This document shows positions 43,672-56,900 of a stretch of DNA of 64,000 nucleotides, piece by piece; the first letter of the stretch is position 1; each line of letters starts with the position of its first letter. A program made the translations under genes and the position numbers. The notes beneath the pieces are model-generated. The model did not search any database. It saw nothing but the letters and a program-made list of their open reading frames with translations, and was not told the DNA's origin. Source of the DNA: Raillietiella orientalis. Taxonomy: Eukaryota. The stretch lies in NCBI GenBank assembly GCA_036172245.1, contig JAYWIR010000007.1:5146001-5210000 (forward strand), read 5' to 3'.

Positions 43672-45367
43672 ATGCATTCATGCTCCACTAGCCCTCCCAT
43701 AAAATTCATCGGTTTCTCCCTTTCCTATTTCCTTTTCCAAGATAGCATTTATTGTTCGAGTAGGCAGTGGTATTATGTGTACATTGGTTTTAGGCAAGTA
43801 AGGGCAGCAGAAAGATGGTATCCGGATGCCAAATTCCTGGAAAAATTCAAAAGGCCTTATCTCTATACGGACTATGTGGATCAGTTTGAACAGCTCCCTT
43901 CCAATGTTTTGGGTGATCCTGAGGAACACAAAATTCAGACAGTGACATTAAATTTTGGACCACAGCATCCAGCAGCTCATGGAGTAATGAGGCTCATATT
44001 GGAAATGGATGCAGAGGTTGATAATATTTTTAATTAAATACCCCATTAAAAGTAATTATAGGTTATAAGACGAGCTGATCCACATATTGGGTTGTTACAT
44101 CGAGGGACTGAAAAATTGATTGAATATAAAACTTATATGCAAGCCTTGCCTTACTTTGATAGACTGGATTATGTGTCCATGATGTGCAATGAGCAGTGCT
44201 ACTCTCTGGCTGTAGAAAAGCTACTAGGAATCGTACCACCTATTAGAGCAAAGTATCTGAGAGGTTGTAGATTCTTTAAATGGAGTGTTTGTCACAATGA
44301 CAGTTATAGTGATGTTTGCTGAAATTACACGTCTACTGAATCATATGATGCAGTTAGGTACTCATGTTTTGGATGTAGGAGGAATGACTCCATTTTTCTG
44401 GCTCTTTGAAGAAAGAGAGAAACTGATGGAATTTTATGAGAGGGCTAGTGGAGCAAGAATGCATGCTGCTTACATCAGACCTGGAGGAGTAGCTCAGGTA
44501 TAGAAAGAACAAGCATTCTGAAAATTCTGAGCAACGAAAACGTAGGATATTCCAATAGGATTGTTGGATGACGTCTATGAGTTCATATCAAAGTTTGGGC
44601 AAAGACTGGATGAAGTAGAAGATTTAGTAACTGTAAATAGGATCTGGAAGGCAAGAACTCAGGATATTGGTGTGATTTCAGCTGAAGAGGCCCTGGATTA
44701 TGGATTCAGGTTGACAGTTGTGTTGATTTACTTGTGTACTACCATTCTCTCAATTAGTGGGGTTATGCTGAGAGCTTCTGGCATCAAATGGGATCTGCGC
44801 AAGACCCAACCTTATGATGGCTATGAATTGTTTGATTTTGATGTTCCTATAGGAACCAAGGGAGATTGCTATGATCGTTATCTTTGTAGACTAGAGGAGA
44901 TGAGGCAGTCTCTACGAATCATTGAGCAATGTCTCAATAATATGCCAGCAGGGGAAGTCAAAATAGATGATGCAAAGATAACACCCCCAAGCAGATCTGA
45001 AATGAAGGTATTTGTGGTCATAATGTGAATATCCTAATGTTGTCCAGAATTCGATGGAAGCTCTCATTCATCATTTCAAACTCTTCACGGAAGGATTCCA
45101 GGTTCCTCCTGGTGCTACTTATACAGCTATTGAAGCACCCAAAGGGGAATTTGGTATCTATCTCGTATCAGATGGCACCTCGCGGCCATATAGATGTAAA
45201 ATCAAAGCTCCAGGATTTGCCCATTTAGCTGGAATAGAAAAACTAGCAAAGAACCACTTCTTAGCTGATCTTGTGGCTATCATAGGTAAAATACTTCAAT
45301 GGCATGCCAGAATTTTGATGCTTTTTTAGGAACCTTGGACATTGTATTTGGTGAAATAGATCGTTGA
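43672..45367 (+). CDS. NDUFS2: NADH dehydrogenase Fe-S protein 2 (complex I 49 kDa subunit); 5' end/presequence exon(s) unresolved
   Basis: Core exons: ~43793-44016, 44062-44263, 44310-44497, 44546-44709, 44758-45007, 45048-45285, 45330-45367. Motifs [73 protein letters not shown]. The start coordinate is the first in-frame ATG and is uncertain. Confidence 0.95.
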
Positions 45368-45850
45368 ATGAATAGCATGTTTGATTAGGTTGTTAGGTTT
45401 GATGCAAAGGTAACATTAAATGCTTTTTAGGCAAATTATGATTGTGGTATTTATTTTTTTGGCAACTTAGCATGAAAACTTTCAAAACAGTTTTCGTGTT
45501 TATTAAGCAGCAATCAGTAACTTCAGTATACAGTTCTTTATACACTCACTTTTGGTAATAAAAAAAAACAGGGTGCAGAGTTCTGGGTTTCCTTATTTAA
45601 GTAACTATTTTGTCTTTTTGTTCCACCTTCCATGGTTGGGTCAGTTAGAAATCTCTCAGGCTATTCCCAGAAGGTTTCAGTGTCATGAGTGATTCACCGA
45701 TTTTTGCTTCAAGTGGGTTGTCAGTAACTGTTATAAATGAAATTACACACTTGTACAATGGAGAGCGCAGAGTTCATGAACAGTCCTGTAAAGAAGAGTT
45801 AGTTGATGAAGAAATTGTTCCCGTAGGAAGATTGAAGGCACTGGTCTTTG

Positions 45851-45907
45851 AAATTGATCATGTGCTTGCAGATAATTTGTGATCATCTGCAAGCACATGA
45901 TTAATTT
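45851..45907. other. 23-bp stem hairpin (57 nt), pre-miRNA-sized
   Basis: aaattgatcatgtgcttgcagat pairs with atctgcaagcacatgattaattt (22 Watson-Crick + 1 G-T), 11-nt loop. Confidence 0.85.
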
Positions 45908-47985
45908 AGGAGGGAGGATAAGATAGTTCGGCGTGTCGAATCATTGAAAATCAACGAATTCACAAACGATGTTTCCGTGAAGAAGGTGTTTGCCGTCATT
46001 GAAAAGTGCTTGAAATGAATAGTCACTGCAAAAAAAAACCGTAATTGCAAACCCTATTTATTTAAAATAAGAGGAAGTATCATCTTTTGATGAAAAATGC
46101 TGCCAGCCCGAGTTGTGCTTTAGTTAGGCGTTATGTTTGGCGTTTTGCTCGTTCTAAAAGACGGCACCTGTGTTCAATCGAGAGTTTGAATGCAATTAAC
46201 GATTTCAGTAAGCAAAACTAAGGGAATCACGATCTGCACCTTGAAGAGGTGACCACATGCAACCGTCCGAAAAAGCCACGAAAAATTCATTTCCGATTGT
46301 TTTCAGTGCAGTCGAAGCTTTTAACCCCCGCAGGCACGGAGTCGTGTGGCCCTTGAAAGTTGGCATCTCCAGGTGGATGCTGTAACTTCGCAAACACGGT
46401 GTGAGTGCTGCATCATTCTGTACCATCTGGAAAGAATGCCTGCTTAGGCGAGTTGGGGCCGTTGGTTCGCATGACGTTGCCAAGGTCCTCTCCTCACATG
46501 ATTTACATACCAATTAGCAGGCTGAAAAATTCGAAGCAGCAGTGATTGGCGAAGACTTGGGGGAACGCGAGAGAGTTTGTCTTGAAGAACTATGGTCAAA
46601 AGACGCTGGAGACGAAAGCTTCATGAGATCAGAAACGCCATAGGAAAGTTGTTTCCACGAAACGTGCAAAGCAGTTTGAAGATTGCGAGGAGAAAGGACG
46701 TTCGTTACAGTCGTTTTAAAGAGGGGGAGTTGCCAAAAGGCAAGGATGCGTACGACTCCGTATTGATGAAGATAACTCGGCTTCAGTTCCAAATCCAACA
46801 GGAAACGAGCTTGAGGTTCATCACGAGACAACCAGCCACTCCTTCATCACCCTCATTCATCACTTCGTTCCCTCAAATGCCACTTCTCAGTAGTCATTGT
46901 GATTTCTTTTAGGAACATACCTGAATGTCGGAGTTGCATGTGGGATACGAAGCACTTAGGATTCATTTTTCGTTTAAGCTGAACGCGTCTCTTCGCGTAC
47001 GTGTTTTTTGAAATGCTGAAAAGACATCCACCTAAACTGATAAATTGGAAAAGGCTTGGCGCCACCAGATTGAAAGAAGGAAAAGAACGTTGCATTCGGT
47101 TGATGAAATCCTTGTCCAAAGACGCCTTCCAAAGGACTGCCAATTCGATAGTGCCAACAATTCATGGCCACAGATGCCTGAGATGGAAGCACCTGCTTAA
47201 TTCCTGCCTGCCAGAGTTTCGGGGTCCGACTTTTTCTTATAGGAATCTTCCGATGTCATGACCCCAAATAAGTTGCGTACAAATCTGAGAATCTCGGTCA
47301 GAGCCACGGCGGAGCACAGACGGAAGAGGCAGGAACGTTTTCAAGCTCGCATGATCTTTTTTTGGGGCAGAAGATTTTTCGATTGCGGACTGCGTCGACC
47401 GGGACGCAAGGGAGTGTTGGAAACCGACGGTGGTCTCGTCGCGTGTGGTTTTGCGTGTGGCACGATCGAGCTGAGAATTTCGGGCAGTGCAGCAGCGTGG
47501 CAAGAGGGTGGAAACTGAGGGAGGGGCTCCCGCGGGATCGTTCGCGATCCGCCTTGACCAGGATGGTCGCAGAGGTGAGCGAGGCAGCAGATGACCCTCT
47601 CGGGGTAACGAATGCCTCATCGGGAATCTGCCGGCCGCGTCTTAGGGATCGACGCGGCGGGATGCCTGCGCAGGGGAGCGGCTGTTTGCTCTCCCCATCT
47701 TCCTCTGGCTTCTGAAGTCCCTTCTGAAAGGTCCTCTTTCTCCGGAGCCTCTTTCACCGCATCCTCCCCAGCTCAGGCCTGTTCGCTGTTCATCAGAAGG
47801 AGGTTCTTTCTACAGAAGGAGGCGCCGGGAAGGCCGTTTTCTCCCCTCTCCCTTATTTCCCCCTTTCCCCCTTTCAAATGGAATCGGGAGTTTCCCTTCG
47901 ATCAAATTTCACTCTCCCTCTGACCGCCAGAGGGCCCTCCTCCCGTGGTTCTTCCGAAGGGAGGAGGCGTTCGAGGGAGGGACGT

Positions 47986-50900
47986 CTAATCGTCGTAGAT
48001 GACTTCCCGCAGATCCAGGTCATTCGAGGACGCCAACCTCATCTTCTTCCTGACTGGTTTCGTTCCTTTGCACTTCAGGACAAACAGGAACTCTTTTCCG
48101 ATTTCGGTGCAGAAGGTCGCCTGGAAAAGGGAGAGCGTTCCCGGGTTTCCCACCTCCCCACCCCCACCCCCTTCTCTCCCCTTCTTCGCCTTCCTACCCG
48201 TTCTTCAATGGCGATCTTTCTGGACTTCCAGAAGAATTCGATGAGGGCCAGCAGGCAGGAGCACCCCACTCCGAACAGGAGGACGACGAACACGCCGCCC
48301 ACGTTGGCCAGCTTCAGTTCGGCCGCCGAGGTCACCGCCTGGGCCGTCTCTTTCTGGAGAGAGGGCGGTGCCGGGAGCGCTCCTCGTGCTGGCGAGCTCC
48401 CGCAGCGAGCGATGGCGCCCGCCGGAGCACGCAATCAGGAGGGGGGGAAGTCATGCTCTTCGCGGGACGTGGTGGACGGCCGAGGGTTGCCTCACGGGCG
48501 CCAGAGGTCGCTCCAGGGTCTGCGGAGGCACCACCGCTGCTCCTGCTGTGCGCACCAGCTCCTCTCCTCCTCCCCGGACAGGAAAGTTCAGCTTCGTGAC
48601 ACGGGCAAGGAGCTCGGGTCACACGGAAGGTCACGGTCGCGCAACAGTGGCGAGGGGGTCGGCGAGCAGAAGGACCTGCCGAATCGGAGCAATCAGCATC
48701 GCACGACCTCGGCGACAAGAGCCCTGGTTGCCGCGGGCGCGGCACAGGACGCGAGGGTGACGCGACCGAAGAGTCGCGGAGGCGCGCCGGGAAGAAGTTG
48801 AGGACACTCGCGCGAAACCGCAAGGATCGACGCACAGGAAGGAGAGCGCGAGCGAAGCGCTTCTGTGGGGACGACGAGACGGCGTCGCACGCTGCCTCGG
48901 TCGCCCAGCAACACGGCGCTACCGCGTCGATCCCAGCCGGCCGCCCGAAGGGTCCCGGGAAGTATGCAGGGCGATCTGACGACCTCGAACCGCGGTTAGG
49001 GAATCCTCGGCGCCCGATCCCAGGCCGCCGCCAGCATTCGCGCGCTGATGGAGACCGGACGTGCGGAAGGGGATGCCCTCCAGCGTCTCCTCGGCCAGTG
49101 AATACCTGACGTTTTCAGTGGACACCAAAAGACGCCCGCCGGCGGTCCTCTTCCCGGGATCCCTCTTCCCCTTCTGTTTTTCATAGGCGTCGTCGTGGAA
49201 ATCCCGAGGAGGAGACCTGAGTCAGAGGGCATCCTTAGCCGTTGTGCCCTGAGGCATGGCTCCGAAACGGTCAAGGGACCCTGAGGCGTCGTCGCCGAGA
49301 CAAGCGCTCCCGACCAGAGCGAAGACCTCCGGAGACAAGGAGGGTGCGGAGGGGTAATGCCCAATGCGGCTCGGTAGGGTCGGGGAGGTCGTTGCTTCCT
49401 AGGGTGGAGAGTGACCGCCAACGCTGCCGCCCTGGAGAGGACCTCGGGGGGCCACTGGCGAAGGGCGAGAAGGTAAACGCAAGTCCCTTTCCCCAGGAAT
49501 CGTATCCAGGGGCAAAGTGGACTCCCAACACCACCTGGATCCCTCCCCTCCCCGACTCCTTCCTCCCTGGCTAGCTCTGGCGGGCGCGGGGAGTGTGCAT
49601 CCCCAGTCGGACCCTTCCTGATCCTTCCTTTTGCCCCGAATCCCAGGGTTGCGCCCGCTTGGAGAGAGGGGGGCGCGGCTCCCTACCCCGGCTCCATAGA
49701 TAGCAAAGGGGTCGCGTCCAGGATGGCGTCGGAGCGCCTCGTGGTGGTCGGCGACCCCCTGTCCTCGGTCCGTCCGACTCGCACAGGAAGAGGGAGGAGA
49801 GGAACGCCGTGGTGCTCGCCCCGGGCTGGCCCCCTCACCTCGCAGCCGGCACCCATGCGGTGCTCCTTCCACCATTTGTTCTTCAGGATATGCAGTCGGT
49901 TCTCCTGCTGCAGCTTCAGGATCTGCTTGTTGAAGGCTTCGATGTAGGGTGACTCTGAGAGAGGGATAGGAGGGGGGGTCCATCCAGCGGGTGGGTGGAG
50001 CCCCCGGGGAGAACCGCCACCTCCTCCTCTTCTCTCCCGGAGTCCCGGACGTCCCGGACCGGGGAGAGGCGGAGGTAGGAAGCGGCCCTTCCGAGGGCAG
50101 GTCGGTAAGAGCGCTCACTTTTGGGCATGGCGATCCCGTATCCCTTGGAGTCCAGGAGTCCCCCGATCTGCTGCAGCTCGCAGTCCCCCTCCACGTGGTA
50201 TTCGATGGACGTGGACTCCATGAAGAACGCGTAGCCTCCGTTCTCCTTGAGCACGCGGTTGACTCCCTCCTGGTTCGTCCGCGTGAATACCGACGGCTTC
50301 TGAGACTCCATTACAGCGAACAGGTGCTGATAGGTCTCCAGCTTGGAGTCCTGGAAGGGACGGATCGACAAGGTACCGAGAGGGGGGAAGGGGAACGCGC
50401 CTTCCTCCCCAAGGGGAGGGAGAGAGCGAGAAAACACTCACCCGGAAGAACGTGTACGTGGATCCGCTCATCTTGCAGCCGTACTTTATCTTGGTCTGTC
50501 GGGCGAGGTCGTCTACACCGGATATCGGGGACTCCATCCTGGAGATGGTGAGGAAGGCAGCCAGGTTGGCCGTGTACGAGGAGATGATGATAAGCGTGAA
50601 GAACCACCACATGGCCGCGATGATGCGCGTCGGTATGGCCCTGAGCGAGAAGAACGAGAAGAAAGGGAGGAGGAATGGGCACGAAAGGAGGAAAGGAGGA
50701 GAAAGGAGGAAAGGAGGAGAAAGGAGGAAGGGAGGACTAAGAAGGGGAAGGGAGCAGGACCCACTTCTCTTCAACCGCAGGAGAGAAAGAGAGCTCCGCT
50801 CGAGGTTTCTGATGGCCTGCCTGCCTGCCCTCTCGCGGACGGACGGCGCAAGAGGCGAATCGCCCCATCAGTGCAGCCGAGCTGCTTTCCCGTCCTGAAG

Positions 50901-53900
50901 GGAGAGGGAGCCCGAGCCCCTCCACCGGGAGGTCGACTTCCTCCCGTTGCGGGTCGCCGCCGCTGCCGCTGCATCCTCTTCCCACCCCTTCTTCCCCCTG
51001 CTTGAGTGCCAGACCCTCTCTCGGAGGGGACACCTCGCGACGGAAGACGAAAGCACGGCGCTTCCGGTTTGAGCAGTCGATCACAGATGAGGCACTCAGG
51101 AGAGCACACTGGCGGACCGGGGGTGTGGGTGGCGGCAGGAATGCTGGCAGGTGGGAGGAGGGGGAAACAGGGAAGGATAGGAAGGGTGCAGCTGCGCGAC
51201 TCCTCTCGACGCGAGTGGGAATGGGGCAAGCGCGAGACCCACCCGAAACGGTTGCACTGTTTCCAAGGGAAGCCCCCGGCAAGGGGCGACTGCCGAGGCT
51301 GGCCAAGAGAGGGCGAAGAAAAACGCACAGAAGAGTTTTGGAAGGCGGAGGAAGGGGGGAGGATGGAAGGGGAGTAGTGGTAGAAGAAGAGAACGAAAGG
51401 GATGCGTCTGGAGAACGAGGACGTAACTCGCTCGGTGAACTGCCCCGGCGAAGGCAAACATCCCTCTCGCCCTCTTCCTTGGATCATCTCTGCAGCCCCC
51501 GTGCTCCCTGCGTGGGGCCTGATCAGGGTGGACAACAGGACCGCTGTGGTGCGTCTCCCAAGGGCACTAATCCCGTCTCTGACGCGCGTTGCGGACGGCT
51601 GCCAGGAAGCAGCGCGCTCCCGTGCTCCTGTGAGTCAACCCTTCCTGAGCGTTCCCACGCAACCTGTCGGCCCGAGACGGGTTGCACGGGTCCTGGAGTG
51701 GGTCTGAAAGGCACTCCCGTCAGAGGCGAAGCACGGTTGCTGGACGACACAGTCGGCCGCCAGCAGCAGATCCCCCGCCCCTCCTACGAGCGGTCCCGGC
51801 GAGGGAGGTCTCCTCCTTGCTCTTTCTCCGACCGTGGCCGCGGCAACGAGTGTGAGGACCATCTGCAGCCGCCTCCGAGATGAGCTGGCTCGCAAGGCTC
51901 GAGTTTCGGTCCCTCTGTCTGTCCGCTCCACCTCGTACCGCTCCCTGCTAGCGTGCGCACGCAGCTGCAGCTCCTTATCGGAGGCTGGGATGGCGCAGGC
52001 GTTTCCTGACCCTTCCGGAGAGAGCTTCTGGTCAACGAGGAGGAAGGGAGGGAGGGACGATGCTACGGTTCCTGTGGGGAGGGGAGCAGCGGAAGAGTAC
52101 AGAGGAGCGTGATGCTCGAGTCGCGAAGTGCGTCTCCCGCGCCCTTGGCAACGGCGATACCGACCGCTGCTAGCAACCACAGTTTGGTGCGCTGATCGCC
52201 CCTCCGCAGGGGAGCGCCGCACCCGAGCCGGGAGGTCAACAATGCAAGTGGTGAGCGGTCCGCTAGAACCAATGGTGTGAAGAGTCTGGCTCGGTGGTGA
52301 CGTAACCTGATCGAATGGCGTCGTGTGAGGGTTATGAAGGGAGTGACGCCATCGTTCCACGACAACAATGCGCGCACGCTCGGCGCGGCAAGCCATGACG
52401 TCACGAAATCGGCGGAAAAGGGAAACTTCGCATCCTCCCGCACCGTGAGCTTTCAGCAGCAAGCGGAGAAGCGGAGAAGGGAGGGGGCGAAGGGTTTAGA
52501 AGAGGAGTTCTCTCGTACGTGGCCAGGGTGCGTCTTCTGCGCTTGGTGGGTTGCATCCTTGCTCGCTGCACGGGCGCCGTCGCTTTCGCTCAGAGGTCCG
52601 TTTCCAGGCAGGAGCCCCGAGCGCCGCCTCCCGGGGAGACGCCCCCTCCCTCCCTCCGCGAATCTATCCCGGAGGTCCTCCTCATCTTTGCAGGCTCCTT
52701 GAGCTCCCCGGGAGTGTGGCAGAGGAGCGCCCCAACCCGCTTACTTGGGTGTGATGTCCGACCCCTGCTGCATGAGACTGCCGATAGTGAACCAGAAGCA
52801 GTTGCTGATGGTGAACTTGTTCTCCAGGTAGTCAGGATCCCGGATGCAGGGGTTCGGGTTGTCCCACTCCTTGGAGCACATCCTGAGGGGAGTACGAAAG
52901 GAGAGCGGTAGTCGAATGCCCCCAAGCGGGCCACCTCGCACCACCTCTGATGCTGTGCATCCACCGTCATCCTTCGTCAATCTCACCTTCAATCCGGTCT
53001 CCCGTCCACTTTGTCCCCCCCTCCCGCTCATTGGCCTTGGGGAAGGGGGCGTGCAGAGCGGACCCCAGTGTCTCCACCGTGATCGATGGGGAAGGAAAGA
53101 CTCACACACGCGCGCACACACAAAAACGCCTCAGGAGCTTCCGATCCGGGGAAGGCTGGCACGCGCCCAGAACCATCGGTGGCAGCCGCAGCTATCAGTC
53201 CCTCCGCACTTTCGCTTTCGGGATGCCGAAATGCACGCCTTCCGCCGGGAGGCGGCGGCCGCCGGACTCTCCGAGAGCTCACTCTGACCTTCACCGCCAG
53301 ATCTTTCTCGGGAGGAAAACGGGCACAGTGGGGATCGGTGCCGACAGTCTACAGACGCCCCCAGCGAAACAGACGGGATAGGGGGGTGGGCTGTCGTCTT
53401 CCGCGATGATGATAATGAGGTGACATCAACGAGGAAGGATGCATCCGCTTTCCGAGACACACCGTTGCTGCTGGCAGGATTTCTGCTCTCCTCCATCCTC
53501 CCCAGTCAGCTGGCGCCGAAGGAAGGGACCGGGGAAGGGAAAGGAGAAGGATCCCTCCTCCCTCCCCTTTCGCCAGTCCACGCTTCCCCCGTAGTTCCCC
53601 GCAGGGACCGCATGGGAGAGCTGCGACCAAAAGTTCGTTTGCAGAGAGCGAGGCTCGCTGCGGAGAACCGCCGCCGCGTCCATGCCAGCAGCAGTGCGCA
53701 TCTCTGCGTCGGAACGCCGATGCGCGTTGCCTGGAGACACACGTCGCGAATCCATAAATCGGTGGCGGAGCGCCGCCTCGTCGTCCCGCTGCGCGCGTGC
53801 GCGTCTGCACCTGGCGGTGAGGTAAAGAAGGATGGACACTCCGAGGTATGCCGTGACGACGTAGATCCAAACCCCAGGGGAGAAGGGCGACAGGAACGAG

Positions 53901-56900
53901 AACAAACTCGGGCTGGACGGCTTCGGTTTCTTGTAGAGGATGCTGATTCCTGTGGATCCGCCTCTGCGTTAGGAGGGCGCATGCGAGCAAAACTGGCACG
54001 CACCAAGGTTCATGAACGGAGTGGTGAAGTCCACGGCTTCCTGGCGCTCGTGCGTGATTGTCAGGTCCACTATGGCCAGGTCTGCTTTCTGGAACAGAAA
54101 CCGGCATGCACCACCATCTGCAGGGGTCGCCGTGCCGCGCGAACCGCCGCCGCCTCCCTCACCCACCCCGTTTCCCAGCTCATGCCCACAGGGCGCGCGC
54201 GCAAAGGTTCCAGCAGCATTTTTAGGACCCATCCTTAGGCGGCCATTTCTGCGAGGGGACCGTTTTCTTCCCCCCCCCCCCAGGGGTGGCAGCAGCGGCG
54301 ATGAATGATCCCATCATTTGCTTTGCGCTCCCTCCTTCCCTCCCTCCCTCCTTCCTTCGGGAGTCGGGGCAACTCGCTCCTGCGAGGAGGAGGAAACAAA
54401 AGGTTTCGAGACGAGCGGAGAGGAAGTTCGAGGATGCCGAAAGGTGGCATGGCAACGCGGGTCCGTGGGAAAGCCCCAGAGCGTGCGGAAGTCCCTCTGT
54501 CGCGCCGAGAAGGACGGCGCGGTTCCTCACTCTCAGGAGGCCGGATTGGGCGAGCAAGCGAGCTCGACGCCCACCACGCCCTGCGTGGATCTCCCGCATG
54601 AGACTCCTTTCCGAGGTCGCGGTCCCTCCGAGAGCCCTTCCCCCCCCTCCCACCACTCCGGTCGCTCGGCCGCAGCCACGGGGTGTTGTGAGGAAGAGGA
54701 GCAGCTCTGATGCGGATGCGAGACTGCAGGAGGGGAATAAGATGCGATCAGGGACGCACTGCGCATGCGGCATTGTAAATTCTCAACTTATGGGGGCAAT
54801 CTCGCAGAGGCATCCTGTGGATCAGGAAGGGGTCTGGAGGCAGGAGTCCGTGTTCCTCTTACGCTCGAGAGGGAACTCCGAAGGGGAGAACCTCTCCGTC
54901 CTCATTCTCTCCGAAGGAACCTCCCGGTTTGTAAGGGCCGTTCCCTATTTCTCCTCTGGGAAGAACTCGCAAGGGGATCGCGCCTGGCTTCTTCCTCCTC
55001 CGAAGAGAAAACCCCGAAGAGATGCTTCCTAGTTTTCTCTGAAGGGCGTTCCTCTCAACGCACAACACCAGCTCCGTGGTACGGCTCCATTTTCCCAACC
55101 ATCTTCCAACGGCCCTTAATTCCTGGAAGGACCCACCCCTCTGGGGTGGGTTCTTCCAGTTTTGGTTCCAGTCCCGGTCCCGGAAGCCTTCCAACAGGAT
55201 GCGTTCAGCTTCCACCGGCAGCGCACCCGGAGCCTACAGACCAACCGGCATCATCCTGCCGGGGGAGGGGAAGACTTGAAACGCACCCTCCTCCCCCAGG
55301 CGGGATTTGGACCTGCGACGTCCGTGCCGCGCGCAGAGGCCGCAGCCACGCGGCCCTTTGCTTCACCTGGCGTGCAGGGCAAGCGAGAGAACACGTCCGC
55401 GCCGTCTATCGGCTTCCTGGCACTCCGTCCGCATCTCCACCCCATTTCTGTCCCCGTGCAGCAGCGGCAGAGGCAGTAAAGGGTTGTCCGTTGGAATTTA
55501 CCCAATCTATGAGTTCCCTTATCATCCCGTTCCATTCCTTCGTCTCGGGATCTTTGACCCCGTAGATGTTCCCTTCGATCAGTTTCATGGTGTAGTTGAA
55601 CTTCAGCTCGGCAGCGATCTCCTGCATCAAGTCGACTGCAAACCCTTCTAGACCGTCAGCCTCGGACGGGCTTTCGCGGTTCTTCTTCTTCAGGATGTAT
55701 GGAGGATTCTGGAAAGAGAAGAAAAGGAGGGCGAGCGTGAAACGAGGCACTTCCCGTCCCATTCTAGCCGAGAGCGGTGGCGGCGCATGGAGAGCAGACG
55801 CGAGCGCGTAGGGACGGACGCGACTGAAAAATGGGACGAAACCTATCCGGGGACGGGAGGAGATACGCGGTGGCGACGGTTTCGCGCCTCGAAGACGAAG
55901 GTTTTCACGGAGTGGGTGAAACGAACCTGGTCCGGGCAGAATACCCGCGAAGGAAAGTTTCCAGTAGGAAGGTCAGCGAGCAGCAAAGGACTCCGCGAGT
56001 TGCCGCGGGGTCTCCCGGAACTGCAGTTCCTCCGGGATCGGTCCGCTGCTCCCCTTCAAGGGAGCACCACCACGCGGACTGGAACCGGGGTTTCCATTCC
56101 CGCCGTCCTTCCGAAAGCGGCTTCAAACCCTGGCCCCAAGATGGTGGGGTGCCGCGCATTAACCCTTTGGGTGCGGCGGGGCTCATCCGATCGAAGCGTT
56201 CCGCGTTGACGGCACGCGAGTCGCCGTTGGGCGGAACGCTTTCCCGCGCCCCGTGTGCTCCATCGAGGCACCGATTGACTGCATAAAGTGCTGATTCAAG
56301 TGAATATTGTAATTGTTTATTTACACCACATGAAATAAAATGTTTTCATTTTTTCCAAACATGTTTGATTTATTTGAAAATTATAATTCGAATAAATGAA
56401 TAATTCATTCACATTTCTAAGATATCACAAACATGAAAAACAGTGTAATGAATTCTATACGACGCCGAGAGAAACCGAGGATCGTTAGCCGATATATAAA
56501 TAGAATTTTGTTTACTGTCGTTGCCAAGGGAATGATGAAAATGTCTAAGTGTCTAAGCAACACGGATGGTCTTCACTTATGTCGCGAGTACGCGGGAAAA
56601 ACATTTGCCAGACGCATACGTTAACGTCATAGCGCACGCTGACAGCTTCCGTCGGACGCATCTATGCGTCCATAGCCGAAGGGAACGGATTCGACCTGAC
56701 AGGGAACGCGGCGAGCGTGCAAAACGGCACCTCTGAATCATCTTCCTGCTCTTCGGATTGCGGGGTGAGAGGAGCGACAGCCAGCGTCCGATGGTTCGAA
56801 ACCACGGTGGACCCGCGCGCCTCTTCTTTCCACGGAATCAACGCCCAGCATCTTTCGCCGGTGGGCTGAGCGTGCCTACGAAGGCAACGTTGATTCGGAG

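Noticed and set aside
46514..47261. Protein-like + strand ORFs (46592-46912, 47001-47261)
   Set aside because: Cannot be joined by compatible splice sites and show no recognisable family motif.
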